Below are positions 48,225-57,908 of a DNA stretch of 64,000 bases, piece by piece (positions within the stretch are counted from its first letter, which is position 1; the number at the start of each line of letters is the position of its first letter). The stretch comes from Candidatus Obscuribacterales bacterium. GTDB lineage: Bacteria; Cyanobacteriota; Vampirovibrionia; Obscuribacterales; Obscuribacteraceae. Made by a program: the position numbers and the translations under genes. Location of the stretch: assembly GCA_965228855.1 (NCBI GenBank), contig CBDDIJ010000005.1, forward strand, positions 480,001-544,000, read 5' to 3'. The notes below the pieces were generated by a model. It did not search any database, was not told where the DNA came from, and saw only the letters and a program-made list of their open reading frames with translations.

Positions 48225-51200
48225 ATGCATTCAATGCTTCGCCAAAACCAGGTTAGACAACAGGATGTGAAACCATACATCCGGACCTTCACCCGCAATA
48301 ATCCGATGGATTTGAACGAGTGGGCGAAGGAAGAAGGCGGGCTGTTCGAGCCTGGCACGCTGATTTTCTTGCTGGAACCGGCCAAACGACCACCAGGCAT
48401 GTCGTCATTTGCACGCGGTCAAGCTCCGGGTGCCGGCGGGGCGGCCGATGCGGCGCAGGATGGCTACCGAGTAAAGGATATGTGCGTCGTCGTCGATAAA
48501 ATCGACGGGAAGTGCTGGGTGTTAGCTATATCACCAAGCGCGTTTGAATTGCGCTTCATAGACACGTTGTTCCGTGAGAAAACGCAGAAAGCGTTCCTCG
48601 AAGGTCTGGATTTTCAGTATCTGGCTTGTGCACCACGGCCGGTGCTCAACGACCAGCAGCAAAAAGAACTCAGGCAGCTCTCGACCTTGTACAGTAAGTC
48701 CGGATCGAGACGCACTATTGCTCAAGATGGAGTCGGTCCGGAAGAACCGGCCAGGGCGATGCTCAGTTTCCTGGGCGCCGACTTATCCTCTGTCGGCAAA
48801 CAGATGATTGAACTTGGTTTAATTTGTAACCTGATCTTCTCCCCGGAAGGTGTGCAGGAGAACAAGGCACAAAGTCAGGTGAAATCGTGTTTTTCACCGA
48901 TTCTAGCAACGGACAAATTGAAAAAGTTGCAGCAATCAACGCCCGCGGCGCCAGCTCCTACCCCTGCCACGGAGAGCAGCGATGAGCAGGTATCTCTGCT
49001 GTCGCCAACATATTTAGAAAACGAGGCGCGCGAAGCCGCAGACTTCCTTGCCTACAATCAGCCAGAGCCAGGAGCGGCTCCAGCTAGCGCAGGGGTCTGG
49101 ACTTCCACTCCAGCCGCGCCATCTAGCACCACCCCTGGTGCCGATGAGTTCAAGGCGTTGACGCCACCATCATTTGATCTCGGTGGCTTTCCATCCGGCG
49201 GTCCAGGCGGAGGTCAGCCCGGAATGATGTCTCCGGACATGCCGGCTATATTGACCGGTGAGCATGCCGTCATCAGTGTAGATCAGAAGTTGAACACCGA
49301 AGACGCAAACGGTTCGAAAGTTCCGGCGTTGCCTGCATGGTACATGACTACTCATAACATCAATGAGATGAATGAAGTGGCGCTGAGACGTGCAGCGGAG
49401 AGTCCGACGGAGATGCCGGCTGGTCTGGACAAACTCGAGTCTGAGTTGTCTTACGACGCCCTTCCTGTCGTGGATGCTCGCTTTCGTCCAGGAGCAGAAC
49501 CGCCAACAGCGCAACCCTACCCAGGACCGCCGGATACGCTGGTTCCCGGCGCTCAGGCCCAGATGGAACAGGACGCTTCCGGAGCGTGGGCACAACCTCC
49601 GCAGGCAGCGGCACTCGGACAGGCCAAAGATTTCAACGACTCCATATTTGAAGGTACTGGGGGACGAGGTTCTTTAGAAACCAATCCCGATGCGGTCCTG
49701 GAGCAGTCAAAGAAAACGCGAGGTCAAGCCGGCGACTGGCAGCAAGTCGATAGTGGTTCGAGCGGTTCCGCCTTTGTCTCGCCGGGAAGCACAGCTCGTT
49801 CTCAACCGGAAATTCCCGATCCAAGTAATCTATTTGATAGGCTCGGCGGAACGCAAGCACCGGAAGAGGCACCACCTGCGGCACCATCATGGGCAGACGG
49901 CGAGCGCGGCCGCCCCACTAATCTCAAAGACATGCTCACGGCTGATAGCGCTGTTTTCACAACAGATAGCGGCAAACTCAAGGAAATCACTCCGGCTCCG
50001 CAGCCTGAAAACCCGTCTCTTGAAATGCCACCGCCGGCGGTGGTTGAAACGCCCCACCTTGAGGAGCCCGCGGCCACGGACAGCACCACCGAAGCGCCTT
50101 CACCATGGATGAACTTAGCCAAAACGGAGTCAGACTCAGCGGTCGAACCCGCGAGTCCGTGGGACTCACCTAAAGACCCAGCTGGACAATCGTCGTCGAG
50201 CTGGGATGCGTTCAATCAGCAAAACCCGATAGAGCAGCTAGACATTCTGGAAGCTCCGGAGGCGCCCACACCGCCTTCGGATCACGTGAACGAACTTGCC
50301 GCAGCGATGCGTGGCTTGATGACTTCTCCTGACGCGATCGAGCCTGGTACGGCAGTGGATCAAACTGCTGCCGGCGGGGCAGCTGGCGCGGGAGAGTCGC
50401 TACCGGAAGCCACTGGTTCTGAGGACTTGTTCGGCGACGTCATGGATAAAGTCATGGACCTGGCTGAAACGGCTCAACCCGTTGAAGCCGAATCGACCGA
50501 AGCACAACCGAGTGCGGAAGTAACGGACTCCGAATTTGACATGTTCGAAGACGGCAGAGACCAGACAATGGATCTCGATTCAGCCCTTCTGCAGCGCTTG
50601 AGCAGCGGACCCGCGACACTTCACACCACCCAACCTGCAGAGACGGAGGAAGCACCAGCAGCGCCACCAGTACCGTCGGTGCCCACCTTCTCGACTGACA
50701 CTTCACTGGTATCGTCAGCGATGGCTGCCCACGCACAGGCGATGGTAGATCCGGAAGCGCAGGCTGAACCAGCCGACGAGACGCAGCTCTCGGCGTCTGA
50801 CGTGACCGCTACTACAGAACCGACAGCATCCGAGTCTGTAGCATCGGAAGTTTCTGAGCCGGAACCGAAACCGGCTCCAGCTCCGACCCCATTGAGACCC
50901 GGTCGTCGTCGCACAGCGGAACTGCGAGCAGGAATCAAGCCGCTAGAGCTTCCAGCAGATGCACTGCTCGAGCCAGCCGCGGCAGAGCCGGAGGCACCCG
51001 CCGCACCGGTCACACCTGAGGCTGAGGCTCCCGCAGAGCCCGAGTCAATTTCCCCGCAACAGGACGTTCCAGAGACCACAAACGTCACTCCTGATGTCAC
51101 ACAGGGAGAGGATGAGCCATCCTCATCATTATTGGATGCAGCGCCACTCGACATATCCAGGCGCGGTTCGATGGAGCAGATAGAGGCTCCGACGCCTCCA

Positions 51201-52886
51201 GCGGAGGAATTAGTGGAACCTGAAGCAGCGGTCGAGGAACCATCTGCCTCAGAGTCGACGCCACCGGCACCGGTATCAGAAGTTTCAGAACCCGCGGCTC
51301 CGGAACCAGCGATCGCTGAAGCGGTTACAACGACGGTTCACACCGACTCATCAACGTCTACACCGGCACTCACGACTTCACAGGAAACCGAGCTTGCGGA
51401 TCTGGGAGACGGTTTCGACGATGAAGAGGATGAACAGGATACCAGGAAGCCCGCACCTTACGGACAAGAATCCAAGCTCACCGCATCCGGTGTCATGCGG
51501 TCGCATCAGCCCACCAACGATCCAAAATTAGTCATCTCAGAGTCGACACGCTTCATGGCGAGACTGAATCAACGTCTTTCAGAAGCGGACAAAAAGCTTT
51601 CGAGTCGATGTGAACAATCGAGAGATCGCTTACTCCGAGAACTAGACGCCCTTGTAGAGGAAGCCCATAAGGTCGAACGCCAGAATGAACTGAGCACCGG
51701 TGCTCTCACTGAGCAGCTCATGACCCATCTGGAGACGGTTTCAAGCGAAGTGAAAGCCCGCATTGAAAAGACCTCCCAGCAAAGTCGCAAGGAACTGAGC
51801 GAATTGATTCAGATGGCCGAAAACACGGTCACCAAGATGCATACCGATTTGAAGAAAGAGCTGGATGGTGCCGAAAGCACATTCCAAGCCGACTCCGATG
51901 CACTCGCAGAAGCAACGCGTTCGGAACTCAACCAACATGCGCAAGAACGCATCAACGACTTCAATCAAAAGCTGGAAGAGATTTCGAATGCACTAGAGTC
52001 GGTGTACAAGCACCACATCAATGTTTTGATGACCCGCTTTGAGAAATTCCAGACACGATTGAATGAAGAGGTAGATGCAATTATCAGCGCACTCGACCGC
52101 AACGTCGGCTCCATGACCGTCGAAATCGATGGTTCCTGGGATCGCGCCTCAGAGAAATTGATGGCGAGCCAGACCGAATTCGGAAATAGCGTAAATTACC
52201 TCGTTCACAGTTGCCGTGCCGAGTTGAAGCAGGTGCATCTGGAGTCTTACGCGAAGAGGGTTTTGCCGCAACTTCTCGAAAACAAAGACATCTTCCGCAC
52301 GATGCTGTTGGACATGAAGCGCAACTTCGAAGAGCAGTCAGCCAACCTGAGAAAGACTCAGCTTTCCAGCCTGGCGGATAGCATCACAACTTCGAAGACC
52401 GAGTTAGACAACCTCACCAAGGAGTGTCTCAACACAATCGAGTCGGTTGGCAAAGGTCAGCAGTTCGGGCTAGAGGAGTTGTTTAACAGCACAAACGCTC
52501 GACTTGAAGAGATCATATCGACAGTCGAAACCCGCCTGAAGTCTGCAAAACAAGAGATCACCGACAACGATGAAGCCTGCATGAAGACATCGGAAGCGTC
52601 GAGAGTGGAAGATGAGCCTGCGTTCTCACGCGAAAAGCAAGCTGCCATCGCCGCTCTCAACGAATGCAGAACCAAGGCGGACAACGCACTCGAAACTCAT
52701 ATCAGCTCAAGCTGCCTGGATCTGGAGCATCTCAGCGAAGAGATGCAGGAAGATTTGGCGAAACAGCGCCAAGACTGGACAGCGCAGGTTCGCACAACAG
52801 CTGACGAGAATATCAATAAGGTGAAACAGGCTATCCAGGACGCCTTCCAGGCGATCGACTCGGCAAAGGAAAAGCACATGGATTGA
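48225..52886 (+). CDS. 1553-aa protein: N-terminal globular domain, long acidic Pro/Ala/Glu-rich linker, C-terminal hendecad rod
   Basis: Long uninterrupted ORF; residues ~240-1100 low complexity; LNQRLSEADKK|LSSRCEQSRDR|LLRELDALVEE|... to the C-terminus. Confidence 0.82.
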   Translation: MHSMLRQNQVRQQDVKPYIRTFTRNNPMDLNEWAKEEGGLFEPGTLIFLLEPAKRPPGMSSFARGQAPGAGGAADAAQDGYRVKDMCVVVDKIDGKCWVLAISPSAFELRFIDTLFREKTQKAFLEGLDFQYLACAPRPVLNDQQQKELRQLSTLYSKSGSRRTIAQDGVGPEEPARAMLSFLGADLSSVGKQMIELGLICNLIFSPEGVQENKAQSQVKSCFSPILATDKLKKLQQSTPAAPAPTPATESSDEQVSLLSPTYLENEAREAADFLAYNQPEPGAAPASAGVWTSTPAAPSSTTPGADEFKALTPPSFDLGGFPSGGPGGGQPGMMSPDMPAILTGEHAVISVDQKLNTEDANGSKVPALPAWYMTTHNINEMNEVALRRAAESPTEMPAGLDKLESELSYDALPVVDARFRPGAEPPTAQPYPGPPDTLVPGAQAQMEQDASGAWAQPPQAAALGQAKDFNDSIFEGTGGRGSLETNPDAVLEQSKKTRGQAGDWQQVDSGSSGSAFVSPGSTARSQPEIPDPSNLFDRLGGTQAPEEAPPAAPSWADGERGRPTNLKDMLTADSAVFTTDSGKLKEITPAPQPENPSLEMPPPAVVETPHLEEPAATDSTTEAPSPWMNLAKTESDSAVEPASPWDSPKDPAGQSSSSWDAFNQQNPIEQLDILEAPEAPTPPSDHVNELAAAMRGLMTSPDAIEPGTAVDQTAAGGAAGAGESLPEATGSEDLFGDVMDKVMDLAETAQPVEAESTEAQPSAEVTDSEFDMFEDGRDQTMDLDSALLQRLSSGPATLHTTQPAETEEAPAAPPVPSVPTFSTDTSLVSSAMAAHAQAMVDPEAQAEPADETQLSASDVTATTEPTASESVASEVSEPEPKPAPAPTPLRPGRRRTAELRAGIKPLELPADALLEPAAAEPEAPAAPVTPEAEAPAEPESISPQQDVPETTNVTPDVTQGEDEPSSSLLDAAPLDISRRGSMEQIEAPTPPAEELVEPEAAVEEPSASESTPPAPVSEVSEPAAPEPAIAEAVTTTVHTDSSTSTPALTTSQETELADLGDGFDDEEDEQDTRKPAPYGQESKLTASGVMRSHQPTNDPKLVISESTRFMARLNQRLSEADKKLSSRCEQSRDRLLRELDALVEEAHKVERQNELSTGALTEQLMTHLETVSSEVKARIEKTSQQSRKELSELIQMAENTVTKMHTDLKKELDGAESTFQADSDALAEATRSELNQHAQERINDFNQKLEEISNALESVYKHHINVLMTRFEKFQTRLNEEVDAIISALDRNVGSMTVEIDGSWDRASEKLMASQTEFGNSVNYLVHSCRAELKQVHLESYAKRVLPQLLENKDIFRTMLLDMKRNFEEQSANLRKTQLSSLADSITTSKTELDNLTKECLNTIESVGKGQQFGLEELFNSTNARLEEIISTVETRLKSAKQEITDNDEACMKTSEASRVEDEPAFSREKQAAIAALNECRTKADNALETHISSSCLDLEHLSEEMQEDLAKQRQDWTAQVRTTADENINKVKQAIQDAFQAIDSAKEKHMD

Positions 52887-53065
52887 TGAGAGGCGCAATC
52901 GGTTTTGTCGCATTGTTGACAGAATCGGTTTAAATCTGCTCGCTAAATTAAACCGAAAAGCCCGAAAAACGCGCAGGAATGGAGCGCAGTATTTTGGCTC
53001 AGGTTCTGCCGGTGAGTTAATCTGCCTGATAGTTTAGGATGTAAAGTAATGAGGGCATAGGAAAA

Positions 53066-53794
53066 TTGGAGGTATTGTTTTTCCGGATCCAATTTCCCGC
53101 CGAATTTAGTAGAAGGATTCAGCTCCTGAGTAATTATCCTGACCATCAAGTGCCTCCGGCTCTAGCGGAATTCGGTAGAGACTGGCCTAGCCTGGATTAC
53201 GACGAGGACCTCAACGAGATCTTCCTCTATCACGGTACAAACTGCTATCGGCGCTGGGAGATTGCACGAAGCGGAAGTCTCGAGCCGGGTCGCAACCTCT
53301 ACAGTTTCTTTTCTACGAACGCAATCGACGCATACACCTATGCCCGTGCCGCGTGCATGCGCGACATCGGTCCGAATACCTTCAATTCGCTGATATGCGA
53401 ACCGGTTGTTCTCAAAATCAAATTCACTGGTCGGACCTGGCTTCAGGTCGACTTTTTGAAGTTCAAAACCGGTGAAGACACAGGTTTACCATCCTTCGAA
53501 GCGGCAGTGCTGGGTCCGATTTCGTGCACCAACATCGTAGACGTTCTCCATTGCACTCACGGCAGACGGCTCGGTGCAGGAGACACAAACAGAACATTTG
53601 AAGACGGCAAATTCCTGACCAGCATTCGTCACCTCAAAGAGAAACTAACGAAAAACCGCATGGATACATGGGTTCTGAAAAAACTTGGCTTTATGCGACA
53701 AACTGTCGAAGTTCGGCTTTCTGGCGGGGAAGTTCCTGAATTGACATCGGATGACCACTTGCGGAAATTAAGACAGAGTCAGGCTCGCGCCTGA
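53066..53794 (+). CDS. Putative ADP-ribosyltransferase-fold protein
   Basis: LYHGT, YSFFSTNAIDAYTYA, PVVLKI, FEAAVLGPI motifs in ART strand order; start uncertain. Confidence 0.55.
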   Translation: MEVLFFRIQFPAEFSRRIQLLSNYPDHQVPPALAEFGRDWPSLDYDEDLNEIFLYHGTNCYRRWEIARSGSLEPGRNLYSFFSTNAIDAYTYARAACMRDIGPNTFNSLICEPVVLKIKFTGRTWLQVDFLKFKTGEDTGLPSFEAAVLGPISCTNIVDVLHCTHGRRLGAGDTNRTFEDGKFLTSIRHLKEKLTKNRMDTWVLKKLGFMRQTVEVRLSGGEVPELTSDDHLRKLRQSQARA

Positions 53795-53879
53795 CCTTTC
53801 TTGGCTTGATTTGTCGCAGCATTGAAGCGTAAATTGAGTTAAAATCCAGGCACGTGAGTCTAATCAGAGACGGAGAACG

Positions 53880-54842
53880 ATGAGACCCGCCCAAACGATT
53901 TCCAGAATTTTCTTTTCGCTCAGCCTACTCTGTGCGTTATCGTTCAACTCTTATCCTGTGCTGGCGCAGTCTATGAGCGAAGCCGAGATGCAGCAGATGC
54001 TTGATGAGATGAACACTTGGAAGAAACCGAATGGAGGCCAGCCGCAACAGTATGGAAGTGGTGGCATGCAGCAACCGTATGGTGGCATGCAACCGCAATA
54101 CGGTGGGATGCAACAGATGGGATATCCCCAACAAATGCCCATGCAGCAGATGCCTCCCATGGGAATGCAGCAACAAATGCCCGTGCAACAGATGCAACAG
54201 ATGCAACCGATGAACATGCAGCAGCAAATGCCTATGCAACAAATGCAACCAATGGGCATGCAGCAGCAGATGCCTATGCAGCAAATGCAACCGATGAACA
54301 TGCAGCCGATGAACATGCAGCAAGGTATGCCTCAGATGCCACCACTATCAGGAATGCAAGCGACACCGCTAAATGGTGGTGTTTCACGCGCAATGCCGAT
54401 CGGTAACGCAGGTGTCGGGCCCAAGTTCAATCTGTCGAATCTGTTCAACCAACGCATCGGCGGTGGTGGCGGTCCCATGGGTGGATTAGGAGGTATTTTT
54501 AGAACAATGGCAGCGATGAACAGCGGCGGCGGCGGCAATTCCGCAAGCATGTCCTCCGCGAAGGACGCTATTGAATATGAACTCAGTCACGCAAAGTCAA
54601 TGGCCGCGCAAGCCGTTGCATATTCTGATGACGCTCGCTCCGCGAGCGAGCGTTCAGCGAAGCAATCCGCCGCATCCGAATCGCGCTATTATGCCAACGA
54701 AGCGAGAGCAGCTGCGGACAGAGCGCAATCAAGAGTATCTGAATACCCAGACGGGCAGGGCATGGCGAGCGCCGCAATGGCCGAAGCAGATCGCGCCTAC
54801 TCGGCAGCACAATACGCAGCCGACGCCGCGAGCGGCTGGTAG
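53880..54842 (+). CDS. Secreted protein with Gln/Met/Pro-rich repeats and an Ala-rich helical C-terminus
   Basis: GGAG RBS, signal peptide (PVLA), MQQQMPMQQMQPM repeats. Confidence 0.75.
   Translation: MRPAQTISRIFFSLSLLCALSFNSYPVLAQSMSEAEMQQMLDEMNTWKKPNGGQPQQYGSGGMQQPYGGMQPQYGGMQQMGYPQQMPMQQMPPMGMQQQMPVQQMQQMQPMNMQQQMPMQQMQPMGMQQQMPMQQMQPMNMQPMNMQQGMPQMPPLSGMQATPLNGGVSRAMPIGNAGVGPKFNLSNLFNQRIGGGGGPMGGLGGIFRTMAAMNSGGGGNSASMSSAKDAIEYELSHAKSMAAQAVAYSDDARSASERSAKQSAASESRYYANEARAAADRAQSRVSEYPDGQGMASAAMAEADRAYSAAQYAADAASGW
54031..54360 (+). repeat. Coding low-complexity tandem repeat (ATGCAGCAG/ATGCAACC units)
   Basis: Imperfect tandem units encoding MQQQMP(M/V)QQMQPM(N/G). Confidence 0.8.
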
Positions 54843-54848
54843 AAACTC

Positions 54849-56021
54849 TTACCTGGTGCGCTCGCAACGGTATATTTTAAACTTACCATCTTCCGCGTCG
54901 CGTTTGTGGAAAAACAATTCGTGGTTCAAGGCAGGCAGCGTAGGCGCCTCTACGAAGCCTTGAATGACGCCCAGAACTGAAGGCGGACCGAAAGCTGATG
55001 AAACTTTGTCGCGTTTGGAAACAAGAATTCTCATGAGCAAACGGCCCTCAAGATCTCTCTGAGCGCGTGTGAAATACAGTTCCAATTGATCAGCGGATAG
55101 CGAGGGTGCATACTCCAACGCAGGTGAATTGACAGCCTTCAAGACGGAGATGGACTGCGGATCTAAAGCGAAACCGTTCTCACCCTTCACGAACATTTGC
55201 AAATCGGATTCTGCCGGATGAATCGAACCGAAGTCGAATCGAGCGCGTGAAACAACTAGTGTTTTTCCATCAGCGCTAATACAGCAATCCATATTGATCC
55301 ATGTTTGAACCTTGGGAGAAATGTCACCTGACACTTCCTGAACACCAGTCACAGACTCATCCTTCAGCTTCCCCACATACAGAGACTTTAAGTCCCGATC
55401 GTAGCTTTTCAAACAGGTGTAATACAAATTTCCAGCGTTATCAACCGACGGTGCCATGTCTTTGGAATCAGATACGGTGCCTGGTAACTCGCCTATGTAT
55501 TTAAAAATATTCGTGTCCAGCCGCTGACAGAGGTGGATGTGCGTTTTCGCGCCCGGCTCATTGCTGTTGTTAAACATCAAATACTTTCCATCAAGCGTTA
55601 TGCAAGGTTCCATCATATGGTCGCTGTAACCTTGAATTTCTGTCGGTCGCGGCACTGAAAAGGTATTATCTATCGGCTCATCAGAAGCCTGGATCGGTGG
55701 ATTGAAGCGATTGCTCGCTGCTGGTTCTCGCGATATCTCCGCAGCGATGGACACCACCTCTTTACGGCCGAGAATTTGATCGAGGAGCTTCTCCGCGTTC
55801 ACCGCATCGCCTTTATCAAGCGTCTTTTTAAACTCGGTAATCTGCTGTACGACACCGTCGAGCGCAATCTGTTTTCGCCCCAGAATCGTCACAGCCGCTT
55901 GCACACGTTTGAATTTTGCGCGTATTCGGTCAGCAGCTGTCAGAGCTAAAGCTCCGAAACCAACGGCGAAAACGCAGACGAGAACGGACATTACGACAAT
56001 TACTTTATTTCGTCTTTTCAT
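54849..56021 (-). CDS. Membrane-anchored/secreted PD40-type beta-propeller protein
   Basis: N-terminal TM; repeats MEPCITLDGKYLMF, MAPSVDNAGNLYY, CISADGKTLVV, YAPSLSADQLELYFTR. Confidence 0.7.
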   Translation of the reverse strand: MKRRNKVIVVMSVLVCVFAVGFGALALTAADRIRAKFKRVQAAVTILGRKQIALDGVVQQITEFKKTLDKGDAVNAEKLLDQILGRKEVVSIAAEISREPAASNRFNPPIQASDEPIDNTFSVPRPTEIQGYSDHMMEPCITLDGKYLMFNNSNEPGAKTHIHLCQRLDTNIFKYIGELPGTVSDSKDMAPSVDNAGNLYYTCLKSYDRDLKSLYVGKLKDESVTGVQEVSGDISPKVQTWINMDCCISADGKTLVVSRARFDFGSIHPAESDLQMFVKGENGFALDPQSISVLKAVNSPALEYAPSLSADQLELYFTRAQRDLEGRLLMRILVSKRDKVSSAFGPPSVLGVIQGFVEAPTLPALNHELFFHKRDAEDGKFKIYRCERTR

Positions 56022-56182
56022 TTTTCTCTCGTTAAAAGCGAAGTATTTATTTATAGCTTTGCTCGTTGCAACAGGCGATAGAGCTCAACACATGGCGTTT
56101 TCAACGATACTATGCTCGACTAGCTTTTACGCGCCGGTGGTACAGTGGTTATACCAGATTGAATCGCCCGTTAATAGCATAA

Positions 56183-57841
56183 ATGCCCCCGAAAGTTCAT
56201 TATCAGTTAAGCGCCCTGACGCTCGCATTGGCAGCGTCTTTGAGCCAGTGCTTGCCCGCTGAAAACAGCGGCGCTTTCGCGCTCGATCTCCAGGGCAAGG
56301 TTGACACCACGCACGCGACAGGCGGCGCGGGCGGCGACTATATTCAAGGTGGAATTAAAAACGAAGCAACAATCGAACCATCCGTGAAAGTTATTCCGGA
56401 ACAATCGAAAAGACGCCCACCGACCGGAAAGCTACAAGCAGAGACTCCCCAGTATTTTTTTCCCGCTAACGCGAAATTGACTCAGTTCCACGGTTCGCAG
56501 CAGATTGGCGGTCCTCGCACGCCCAGTCCATTCTCTGCGCAGACGCCATCGCTCGACGTTCAACAGTTTTCCGGCAATCGGGGTCCGCATCAAATTGCTC
56601 CGATTTCGAGCTACACGTTGATGCCGCACACAAGTGTGCAAACCTATCATAACAGCGGCTGGTCTGCGACATCTTCGGTTCGCGGCGTCACATCTTATGT
56701 TCCAGGCTACGACGTCACCAGAGTCGAGACGCACAAAGGTGTGAGCGGCTATGCCCCGGGTCATGCAGCGCAACAACCTTACTCTTCACAAAAAGGTGTC
56801 GCAACCTTCAGCCCCGGCTACGAATTCAACTTTACACGACTCACTCCTCTGGGCGGTCTGCCGCACGGAGGAGCACACCCGGTGCCGGGTCCAGTCGTAC
56901 GCGAAGGAGTGACAGCATACGCACCGGGTTTTGAAACCGTTCCCGTAGCTAGCACCACTCATAGTACCATCTCAACGTCCTCGCCCGGAAGATTTTTCAA
57001 CACTCCCACCACCAGTAGTACCACGACAACACACGTGCCTGGATATCAGGTGACAATTAAAACACCCAAGAGCGGGGTTGTTTGCTGGGATTCGAGTTAC
57101 GAAACATCGCACGTCAGCAATAACTTGATTAAAAACACCCTCGGCGGCATGTGGTTCCACAATCCGAACCAACCGGAGCACGTGACTCCTGAGACCGCTG
57201 GAGGACCTGGCACCGACCGGCTGGCGATGCGTCCGATGTTCGCTGTACCGGTGGTTGCGATCCCGGAAAAAGGCTTGCAGGCACTGCCGCTCGGTTTGAC
57301 TGGAAATAAAGCCGAAATCAGCGCAATTCCGAGTACCGGAACAGTAAGTGCTGTCGATAGCAACACGACCTGGGGTGAGTGGTACAAGCGAGTAGCCAGG
57401 GCCGTTTATAGAAGATGGCAAAACGCCGATGTGGGGCCCGGCAACGCAAAGGTTTCAGTAACAGTGAATCCCGATCGAACTATTGTCGGTCGCGTTCTGG
57501 ATTTCACGCCGGCAGCGGATATTGAGCGGAATGTGGAACAGGAGACAGCTTTCAAGAAGGCGGCACTTGATGCGGTCAATCTCGTAAGTGAATTCGAAAT
57601 TCCGGAGTTCCCCGCAGATGCTGACGGCACAGCAGTAAGCTTCGAGGTCGAGATGAAACGTGAGGTTGACGGACCGGTTGGATTCGATGTCGCTTCAGTG
57701 CCCGGCGCTCCCAGTTCCGCGAGTCTGGAACCACTCAAAGAGCGATCGCCCAACGAGACCGCTGGAGCGAAGCCAGCCGGAAAATCGGAGCCGAAGAAGA
57801 ACGCCGTATCGAAGCCAATCTCCTCAAAAAAACACAAATAG
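56183..57841 (+). CDS. Secreted protein with GVxxYxPGY repeats and a TonB/TolA C-terminal-like domain
   Basis: Signal peptide; repeats GVTSYVPGY, GVSGYAPGH, GVATFSPGY, GVTAYAPGF; WYKRVARAVYRRW...VSVTV...FKKAALDAV...IPEFP. Confidence 0.65.
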   Translation: MPPKVHYQLSALTLALAASLSQCLPAENSGAFALDLQGKVDTTHATGGAGGDYIQGGIKNEATIEPSVKVIPEQSKRRPPTGKLQAETPQYFFPANAKLTQFHGSQQIGGPRTPSPFSAQTPSLDVQQFSGNRGPHQIAPISSYTLMPHTSVQTYHNSGWSATSSVRGVTSYVPGYDVTRVETHKGVSGYAPGHAAQQPYSSQKGVATFSPGYEFNFTRLTPLGGLPHGGAHPVPGPVVREGVTAYAPGFETVPVASTTHSTISTSSPGRFFNTPTTSSTTTTHVPGYQVTIKTPKSGVVCWDSSYETSHVSNNLIKNTLGGMWFHNPNQPEHVTPETAGGPGTDRLAMRPMFAVPVVAIPEKGLQALPLGLTGNKAEISAIPSTGTVSAVDSNTTWGEWYKRVARAVYRRWQNADVGPGNAKVSVTVNPDRTIVGRVLDFTPAADIERNVEQETAFKKAALDAVNLVSEFEIPEFPADADGTAVSFEVEMKREVDGPVGFDVASVPGAPSSASLEPLKERSPNETAGAKPAGKSEPKKNAVSKPISSKKHK

Positions 57842-57908
57842 TTTGATATGCGCTTCAGACACGTCACACGGATCCCCAGACTCAGCGTGTCTTGTTTTGT
57901 CATCACTA

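Noticed and set aside
45361..52886. Rod proteins as SMC/Wadjet, chemoreceptors or phage tape-measure proteins
   Set aside because: No Walker motifs, MCP signalling hairpin, TM segments or phage genes; periodicity is 11, not 7.
53937..54323. His/Leu-rich and Cys-rich - strand ORFs resembling metallothionein or RiPP precursors
   Set aside because: Reverse-complement artefacts of the ATG/CAG repeat in the + strand gene, which has an RBS and signal peptide.
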